Source of the DNA: Alphaproteobacteria bacterium
GTDB taxonomy: Bacteria > Pseudomonadota > Alphaproteobacteria > GCA-2731375
Assembly: GCA_965225945.1 (NCBI GenBank)
Contig: CBDDBZ010000029.1
Location: 64,001 to 128,000 of the forward strand
Direction: 5' to 3'
DNA length: 64,000 nucleotides
The notes under the pieces were generated by a model. The model saw nothing but the letters and a program-made list of their open reading frames with translations. It did not search any database and was not told the origin of the DNA. The translations under genes were made by a program, and so were the position numbers. Shown piece by piece: positions 57,322 to 64,000 of this stretch; within the stretch, counting starts at the first letter, position 1; every line of letters begins with the position of its first letter.

Positions 57322-60141
57322 ATGGCTACCGACTATAAAGCCACCCTGCAGCTGCCCAAGACCGACTTCCCGATGCGCGCCGGGCTGCCGAAGCTGGAGC
57401 CCGAGCTGCTGGCGCGTTGGGCCGAGATGCGCCTGTTCGACCGCCTGCGCGCGGAAAGCGCCGGGCGCGAGAAGTTCATTCTTCACGACGGTCCCCCCTA
57501 CGCCAACGGCAACATCCATATCGGCCACGCCCTCAACAAGATCCTGAAGGACGTCATCAATCGCTCGCAGCAGATGATGGGCAAGGACGCCAACTACGTC
57601 CCCGGCTGGGACTGTCACGGCCTGCCGATCGAGTGGCGGATCGAGGAGCGCTACCGGGCCGAGGGCCGCAACAAGGACGAGGTGTCGATCGCCGAGTTCC
57701 GCAACGAGTGCCGGGAATTCGCCGCCCATTGGATCGAGGTGCAGACGGAGGAATTCAAGCGCCTGGGCGTCGAGGGCGACTGGGACAATCCCTACACCAC
57801 GATGACGCACCGAGCCGAGGCGCGGATCGCCGGTGAGTTGATGAAGTTCCTGATGGACGGCTCGCTCTATCGCGGCGCCAAGCCGGTGATGTGGTCGGTG
57901 GTCGAGAAGACGGCGCTGGCCGAAGCCGAGATCGAGTATCACGACCACGTCTCGACCACGGTGCACGTGCGCTTCCCCGTGGTCCGGGCCGGCGCGCCCG
58001 AGCTGGAGGGCGCCTCGGTGGTGATCTGGACGACGACGCCCTGGACGCTGCCGGGAAACCGCTGCATCTGCTTCGGCCCGACGATCGAGTATGACCTGAT
58101 CGAGGTGATGGCGTGCGCCAACGACAGCCTCGCCCGCCTCGGCGAGCGGCTGTTGCTGGCCCGCGATCTGGTCGAAACGGTCGCGGCCGAAGTGGGCATC
58201 ACCGGCCACCGCGTGGTTGGGCCGGTGAGCGGACAAGAGCTTGCGGCGAGCACGGCGGCGCATCCCTGGCACGGGCGAGGCTACGATTTCGAAGTGCCGC
58301 TCTTTCCCGGCGATCACGTCACCACCGAACAGGGCACCGGTTTCGTCCACACCGCCCCCGGCCACGGCGCCGAGGACTTCGAGATCGCCGTCGCCCACGC
58401 CATCGAAGTGCCGCAAACGGTCGACGCCGACGGCAACTATTTCGACCATGTGCCGCTCTTCGCCGGCCAGAACGTCTTCGAGTGCAACGCGGGCCTGCTC
58501 ACTGCCTTGCGCGAGGGCGACATGCTGCTGGCCCACGGCAGGCTCCGGCACAGCTATCCCCATTCCTGGCGCTCCAAGGCGCCGCTGATCTTCCGCAACA
58601 CGCCACAGTGGTTCATCTCGATGACGACGACGGGACTGCGCGAGACGGCGCTGAAGGCGATCGACGCGACGCGGTGGGTGCCGCGCCAGGGGCGCAACCG
58701 GATCCACGCCATGATCGCCGAGCGGCCGGACTGGGTGCTGTCGCGCCAGCGGGCCTGGGGCGTGCCGATCACCGTCTTCGTCGAGAAGGCGACGGGCGAG
58801 CCGCTGCGCGATCCGGCGGTCAACGCCCGGATCCTGGAGGCGATCGAGGCGGACGGCGCCGACGCCTGGTTCGAGAGCGACCGGAGCCGCTTTCTCGGGG
58901 ACGAGTACCAATCCGCGGACTACGAGAAGGTCGACGATATTCTCGACGTCTGGTTCGAATCCGGCGCGACCCACAGCTTCGTCCTGGAAGACCGGCCGGA
59001 GCTCGGCTGGCCCGCCTCGCTCTATCTCGAGGGCACGGACCAGCATCGCGGCTGGTTCCATTCCTCGCTGCTGGAATCCTGCGGCACCCGGGGCAGGGCG
59101 CCCTACGATGCGGTGCTGACGCACGGCTTCACGCTCGACGAGCGGGGCCTCAAGATGTCCAAGTCGCTCGGCAACGTCGTCGCGCCGCAGGAGGTCTGCG
59201 ACGCCTGGGGTGCCGACATCCTGCGCCAATGGGTGGTCGGTTCCGACTATTCGATGGATCTCCGGATCGGCCCGGATATCATCAAGTCGCAGGTCGATTC
59301 CTATCGCCGGCTGCGCAACACGCTGCGCTTTCTTCTGGGCAATCTCGACGGCTTCCAGGAGTCCGAGCGCGTGGAGGTTGCGGCGATGCCGGAGCTCGAG
59401 CGCTGGGTCCTGCATCGGCTCTGGGAACTCGATTCGTTGGTCCGCGAGTGCTGCGAGGCATTCGAATTCCACCGGCTCTTCGTCAACCTTTACAACTTCT
59501 GCACCGTCGATCTTTCGGCCTTCTATCTCGACATCCGCAAGGACGTGCTCTACTGCGACGATGTCGGCTCGGCCAGGCGCCGGGCCGCGCGGACGACGAT
59601 CGATCGCGTGTTCGACTGTCTGGTGACCTGGCTCGCGCCGTTGCTCTGCTTCACCGCCGAGGAGGCCTGGCTGCAGCGTGGCAACGATGCCGACGGCAGC
59701 GTGCACCTGCAATTGTTCCCGGCGATCCCCCACGACTGGCGAGACGAGGCGCTGGCCGCGAAGTGGGAGAAGGTGCGGCGCCTGCGCCGGGTGGTGACGG
59801 GCGCGCTGGAGATCGAGCGGCGCGAGAAGCGGATCGGCGCCAGCCTCCAGGCCCATCCCGTGGTCCATGCGCGGGCGGATACCCTCGCGGCGATGGCCGG
59901 CGTCGACCTGGCGGAAATCGCCATCACCTCGGAGGCGACGCTGGTCGAGGGCGAGATTCCCGACGGCGCCTTCACGCTCGAGGGCATCGACGACATCGGC
60001 GTCGTCGTCGGCGCGGCCGAGGGCGGGCGCTGCGGGCGCTGTTGGCGGGTGCTGGTGGAGGTGAGCGCGGAGAGCCCCGAGGAGGCCCTCTGCGGGCGCT
60101 GCGCCGACGTGGTCGAGGCGGTAGGGGCCCGGGCCGAATAA
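57322..60141 (+). CDS. ileS: Isoleucine-tRNA ligase
   Basis: HDGPPYANG, HIGH, GWDCHGLP, WTTTPWT, KMSKS, C-terminal Zn finger. Confidence 0.98.
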   Translation: MATDYKATLQLPKTDFPMRAGLPKLEPELLARWAEMRLFDRLRAESAGREKFILHDGPPYANGNIHIGHALNKILKDVINRSQQMMGKDANYVPGWDCHGLPIEWRIEERYRAEGRNKDEVSIAEFRNECREFAAHWIEVQTEEFKRLGVEGDWDNPYTTMTHRAEARIAGELMKFLMDGSLYRGAKPVMWSVVEKTALAEAEIEYHDHVSTTVHVRFPVVRAGAPELEGASVVIWTTTPWTLPGNRCICFGPTIEYDLIEVMACANDSLARLGERLLLARDLVETVAAEVGITGHRVVGPVSGQELAASTAAHPWHGRGYDFEVPLFPGDHVTTEQGTGFVHTAPGHGAEDFEIAVAHAIEVPQTVDADGNYFDHVPLFAGQNVFECNAGLLTALREGDMLLAHGRLRHSYPHSWRSKAPLIFRNTPQWFISMTTTGLRETALKAIDATRWVPRQGRNRIHAMIAERPDWVLSRQRAWGVPITVFVEKATGEPLRDPAVNARILEAIEADGADAWFESDRSRFLGDEYQSADYEKVDDILDVWFESGATHSFVLEDRPELGWPASLYLEGTDQHRGWFHSSLLESCGTRGRAPYDAVLTHGFTLDERGLKMSKSLGNVVAPQEVCDAWGADILRQWVVGSDYSMDLRIGPDIIKSQVDSYRRLRNTLRFLLGNLDGFQESERVEVAAMPELERWVLHRLWELDSLVRECCEAFEFHRLFVNLYNFCTVDLSAFYLDIRKDVLYCDDVGSARRRAARTTIDRVFDCLVTWLAPLLCFTAEEAWLQRGNDADGSVHLQLFPAIPHDWRDEALAAKWEKVRRLRRVVTGALEIERREKRIGASLQAHPVVHARADTLAAMAGVDLAEIAITSEATLVEGEIPDGAFTLEGIDDIGVVVGAAEGGRCGRCWRVLVEVSAESPEEALCGRCADVVEAVGARAE

Positions 60142-60145
60142 CGCC

Positions 60146-60649
60146 ATGCGCCGTCTCGCCATCGCCGTGGCCCTCGCCGTCCTGATCGTCGACCAGGCGA
60201 GCAAGGCCTGGCTGATCGATGCTCTGGCGGCGGCCGAGGGGGCGATCCGCGTCACCGGTTTCTTCAATTTGGTGATGGTCTGGAACACCGGCGTCAGTTT
60301 CGGCCTCTTCGCCGGCGCCAACCTCGGCCCCTGGCCCTTCGTCGCCTTGTCTGGCGCCATCGTCGTCGCCCTCGCGGTCTGGCTCCGGCGGGCCGAGACC
60401 GGCTGGCTCGCCGCCGCGATCGGTGCCGTCGTCGGCGGCGCGATCGGCAACGTCGTCGACCGAGTGCTCCGGGGCGCGGTCGCCGACTTCTTCGATGTTC
60501 ACCTCGCCGGTCAGCACTGGCCGGCCTTCAACGTCGCCGACATGGCGATCGTCGGCGGGGTCGGCGTCATGCTGTTGGACGCTTTACGTCGGCGTCGCGA
60601 ACCGGATAATGGCGAATCGCCTCGAAAGCGAGGAGACCCACATGAATAG
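60146..60649 (+). CDS. lspA: Lipoprotein signal peptidase
   Basis: DQASK, WNTGVSFG, GAIGNVVDR, VADFFD, FNVAD. Confidence 0.96.
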   Translation: MRRLAIAVALAVLIVDQASKAWLIDALAAAEGAIRVTGFFNLVMVWNTGVSFGLFAGANLGPWPFVALSGAIVVALAVWLRRAETGWLAAAIGAVVGGAIGNVVDRVLRGAVADFFDVHLAGQHWPAFNVADMAIVGGVGVMLLDALRRRREPDNGESPRKRGDPHE

Positions 60650-61232
60650 ATCTAATATCGTTTCCTTCGCACGTGCCGCGTCGGCGGCCCTCCTTCTGCT
60701 GACCATGGCCGGGTGCGGTGCATTTCGCGAGGGGTTGGGATTGAACAAGAAGGCGCCGGACGAGTTCGCGGTGGTGAGCCGCGCCCCCCTGGTGCTGCCG
60801 CCCGACTATCAATTGCGCCCACCGCGCCCCGGCGCGCCCAGGCCGCAGCGGGCGCAACCGTCGAGTACGGCGCGGACGGCGCTGTTCAGCTCCGGTCGAC
60901 GTCCGCCGGGCACGGCCCGCGCGGTCACCGGCACGGGGGGGGTCGAGTCGGTCGGCGAGTCGGCGCTGTTGGATCGCGCCGGCAGCAAGGGCATCGATCC
61001 CAATATTCGCCGGGTGATCGAGGAGGAGACGGCCTCGATCACCGAGAAGGATCGGACGCTGGCGGAGCAGCTGATCTTCTGGCGCGAGCGCGAGAGGCCG
61101 GGCCAAGTGATCGACGCGCGGCGCGAAGCCACGCGGATCCGGGAGAACCAAGCGACCGGCCAGCCGGTCACGGCCGGCTCGACACCGATCATCGAGCGGC
61201 GCGAGAAGGGCTTCCTCGAGGGAATCTTCTGA
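60642..61232 (+). CDS. DUF3035-like lipoprotein
   Basis: Lipobox MAGC; APDEFAVVSRAPLVLPPDY; typical position after lspA. Confidence 0.8.
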   Translation: MNRSNIVSFARAASAALLLLTMAGCGAFREGLGLNKKAPDEFAVVSRAPLVLPPDYQLRPPRPGAPRPQRAQPSSTARTALFSSGRRPPGTARAVTGTGGVESVGESALLDRAGSKGIDPNIRRVIEEETASITEKDRTLAEQLIFWRERERPGQVIDARREATRIRENQATGQPVTAGSTPIIERREKGFLEGIF

Positions 61233-61322
61233 TCCGCCCGTCACGCGGCCGTGAGCACCGGCGGCTTGCGCGTGCCGGCCGGAGCCACATATGAGTATCC
61301 GGCAGTGGCGGCGCGGGATGGC

Positions 61323-62696
61323 ATGGGGCGCATGAAGCTTGGCGTAAAGTCGACGTGTTTGGTATTCGGACTGCTCGCCTCGGCCGCGCTCGCCGCGCCG
61401 GGGAACGCGGCCGGGGGTCTGTTCAATCCCGAGGTCTATACCCTGGAGAACGGCCTTCGCCTGCTGGTGATCCCCGATCACCGCGCGCCCGTGGTCAATC
61501 ACATGGTCTGGTATCCCGTGGGCTCGGGCGACGAGGTGGCCGGCAAGTCCGGTCTGTCGCATTTCCTCGAGCATCTGATGTTCAAGGGAACCGAGAAGAT
61601 TCCGCCCGCCGCCTTCTCCAAGATCATTCAGAAGAACGGCGGCGAAGACAACGCCTTTACCAGCCTCGACTACACGGCCTATTACCAGAACGTGGCCCGC
61701 GACAAGCTGGGCCTGGTGATGTCGATGGAAGCGGACCGCATGGTCAATCTCCGCCTCGACGAGGAGGTCGTTCGCACCGAGCGCGAGGTGGTGCTGGAGG
61801 AACGGCGCATGCGGGTCGAGAACGATCCGGGCGCGATCCTCCGCGAGAACATGCGGGCGCTGCAGTACATGTCGCATCCCTACGGCCTGCCGCTGGTCGG
61901 CTGGGAGGAAGAAATCGCCGGTCTGACGATGGCGGACGCGCTCGCCTTCTATCGCCGGCACTACGCGCCCAACAACGCCATCGTCATCGTCGCCGGCGAC
62001 GTCACCGGAGCGGAGGCGCTGGCCCTCTCGGAGCAGCACTACGGCCCCCTGAAGCGCCGCACGATCCCACCCCGCAAGCGCCCGCCGATGCCGCCGCAGC
62101 GTGCCGCCCGCCGCGTCGTGCTGGAGGACCAGCGGGTGCGCCAGCCGAGCTTTCGCCGCATCTATCTGGCGCCGAGCCGGCATGCGGGCGAGACCCGGCA
62201 CGCAACGCCGCTCCGCTTCCTCTCGCAGATCCTGGGTAGCGGCAGCACCAGCCGGCTCTCCCGCAAGCTCGTGCGGGAGCAAAAGATCGCCACCGGCGCC
62301 GGCAGTTGGTATCACGCCTTCAGCTACGACGGTTCGAGTTTCGGCGTCTGGGCCTCGCCGGTTCCCGGCGGCGGTCTCGAGGCACTGGAGACGGCGGTCG
62401 ACGAGGTCTTGGCGGATCTGCTGGCCGGCGGGATCGAGAGCGGTGAATTGGAGCGGACGCGGAACGAATTGCTCGCCTCGACGATTTACGCCCGCGACGA
62501 TCTGGGCTCCGGACCGCGTTTCCTCGGCGCCGCGCTCACCAGCGGCGCTACCGTCGAGGACGTGGAGAGCTGGCCCGACCGGGTTCAGGAGGTCACCGCC
62601 GAGGACATCGTGGAGGCGGCCCGGGCGGTGCTCGACATCCGCCGCTCGGTCACCGGATACCTGTTGCCCAAGGCCGAGGCGGGAGGCGCCAAATGA
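61323..62696 (+). CDS. M16 zinc peptidase, catalytic subunit (start uncertain)
   Basis: HFLEHLMFKGT (HxxEH), NAFTSLDYTAY, YAPNNA. Confidence 0.93.
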   Translation: MGRMKLGVKSTCLVFGLLASAALAAPGNAAGGLFNPEVYTLENGLRLLVIPDHRAPVVNHMVWYPVGSGDEVAGKSGLSHFLEHLMFKGTEKIPPAAFSKIIQKNGGEDNAFTSLDYTAYYQNVARDKLGLVMSMEADRMVNLRLDEEVVRTEREVVLEERRMRVENDPGAILRENMRALQYMSHPYGLPLVGWEEEIAGLTMADALAFYRRHYAPNNAIVIVAGDVTGAEALALSEQHYGPLKRRTIPPRKRPPMPPQRAARRVVLEDQRVRQPSFRRIYLAPSRHAGETRHATPLRFLSQILGSGSTSRLSRKLVREQKIATGAGSWYHAFSYDGSSFGVWASPVPGGGLEALETAVDEVLADLLAGGIESGELERTRNELLASTIYARDDLGSGPRFLGAALTSGATVEDVESWPDRVQEVTAEDIVEAARAVLDIRRSVTGYLLPKAEAGGAK

Positions 62697-64000
62697 CGCA
62701 TCCGATCCCCTTCGCCGCCGCCTTGGTGGTGTTCGCGACCCTCTCGGCGGGCGCCGTCGATGCCGCCACCGAGATCCAGGAGGTCGAAAGCCCCGGCGGC
62801 ATCACCGCCTGGCTGGTGCGCGAGCCGTCGATCCCGGTGATCGCCCTCAACTTCGCCTTTCGTGGTGGCGGCGCGCTCGATCCGCAAGGCCGCGAGGGGC
62901 TGGCCAACATGGTCTCGGGCCTGATCGACGAAGGCGCGGGGGAGCTGGATTCGCTGGCCTTCCAGACCCGCATCGAGGAGTTGGCGATCAGCTTGAGCTT
63001 CAGTGCCGATCGCGACGGTTTCTTCGGCAATCTCCGCACTCTGAGCCGCAATCGCGACGCCGCCTTCGAGCTGATGCGCCTGGCGCTGACCCAGCCCCGC
63101 TTCGATGCCGAGCCGATCGAGCGGATCCGCCGACAGATCGTCGTGGGCCTCAATCGCGACCAGGAGGATCCCGGCACCGTCGCGGCGCGCACGCTGTTCA
63201 AGGGCGTCTTCGCGTCCCACCCCTATTGGCACACCGTCAACGGCACCATCGAGGGCGTGAAGGCGATCGGGGCCGAGGATCTGAAGGGTTTCGTCCGCCG
63301 GCGCTTCGCCCTCAACAATCTGCTGGTGGCGGTGGTGGGCGACGTGACACCCGAGGAACTGGGCAAATTGCTCGATCGGACCTTCGGCGAGCTGCAGGCG
63401 AACTCGGAACCGTTCCGAATTCCGGAGGCCGAGCCGGTGTTCGACGGGCGCCTCCGGGTGGTCCGTCGCCCGGTGCCGCAGAGTAGCATATATTTCGCCC
63501 TGCCCGGCGTGAAGCGCAACGATGCGGACTGGTACGCGGCGCTGGTGATGAACCACGTGCTGGGGCGCGGCCAATCCTCGCGGCTGTTCGAGGAGGTGCG
63601 CGAGAAACGGGGCCTCGCCTATTCGACCTACAGTTATTTGGCGCCGTTCGAACGCGCCGCCATTTTGGCCGGCGGCGCCGGCACCCAGAACGCCCGGGTG
63701 GCGGAGGCGCTGGCGACCATTCGCCGGGAATTGGAGCGGCTTCGCGACGAGGGCATCAGCGAGGAGGAGCTGCGGGACGCCGTCACCTACATCAACGGCT
63801 CGTTCCCGCTCAAGCTCACCAGCGGCCCACGAATCTCGCGGATCCTGTTGGGCATGCGGTTGAACGGATTGGCGATCGACTATCTGGAGGCGCGGCCCGG
63901 GATCTTCGAGGCGGTCACGCGGGAGGACGTCCAGCGCGTCGCCCGCCGTCTCGTCAGACCCGAGCGGATGGTGACCGTGGTCGTCGGAGATCCCGAGGGG
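62693..64000 (+). CDS. M16 peptidase, non-catalytic partner subunit, 3' truncated by the window edge
   Basis: ATG overlaps the previous stop; IQEVESPGGITAWLV, GLANM (no HxxEH), SRLFEEVREKRGLAYS. Confidence 0.9.
   Translation, partial: MTHPIPFAAALVVFATLSAGAVDAATEIQEVESPGGITAWLVREPSIPVIALNFAFRGGGALDPQGREGLANMVSGLIDEGAGELDSLAFQTRIEELAISLSFSADRDGFFGNLRTLSRNRDAAFELMRLALTQPRFDAEPIERIRRQIVVGLNRDQEDPGTVAARTLFKGVFASHPYWHTVNGTIEGVKAIGAEDLKGFVRRRFALNNLLVAVVGDVTPEELGKLLDRTFGELQANSEPFRIPEAEPVFDGRLRVVRRPVPQSSIYFALPGVKRNDADWYAALVMNHVLGRGQSSRLFEEVREKRGLAYSTYSYLAPFERAAILAGGAGTQNARVAEALATIRRELERLRDEGISEEELRDAVTYINGSFPLKLTSGPRISRILLGMRLNGLAIDYLEARPGIFEAVTREDVQRVARRLVRPERMVTVVVGDPEG

Noticed and set aside
57304-60450. 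1048-aa minus-strand ORF
   Set aside because: Antisense shadow of ileS/lspA.

Overview
High-GC alphaproteobacterial chromosome segment (Rhodospirillales-like gene content and order). Housekeeping blocks lie at both ends: ftsH-folP-glmM-thiD at the left, and dnaJ-like/yihY/fabI/aroC/ileS-lspA-lipoprotein-M16 peptidase pair at the right. The accessory middle holds: (i) a class III adenylate cyclase-TPR-HEAT gene hit by an upstream IS630, an internal IS630, a transposase-free ~860-bp cassette and a nonsense codon; (ii) a DUF4833-like / CDP-alcohol phosphotransferase / PimA-like glycolipid operon; (iii) catabolic genes (IorAB, acyl-CoA dehydrogenase, tandem amidases, cysteine hydrolase, BenAB/AntAB-like Rieske oxygenase, GcvT-family dehydrogenase, two TauD-like dioxygenases); (iv) a lower-GC kynurenine-pathway island (TDO-like, KMO, KynU, truncated KynB, 3-HAO) next to two IS110/IS1111-family elements. 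The most striking signal is an intact IS110-family element inserted exactly at the TAG^CCAA end of a dispersed ~100-bp repeat that has two empty copies in the same window. Its 3' non-coding region carries short segments matching both that target and the element's own two ends, which reads as a bridge/seek RNA aimed at a genomic repeat family. No rRNA, tRNA or CRISPR array was seen. All calls come from motif recognition by eye; no database searches were run.
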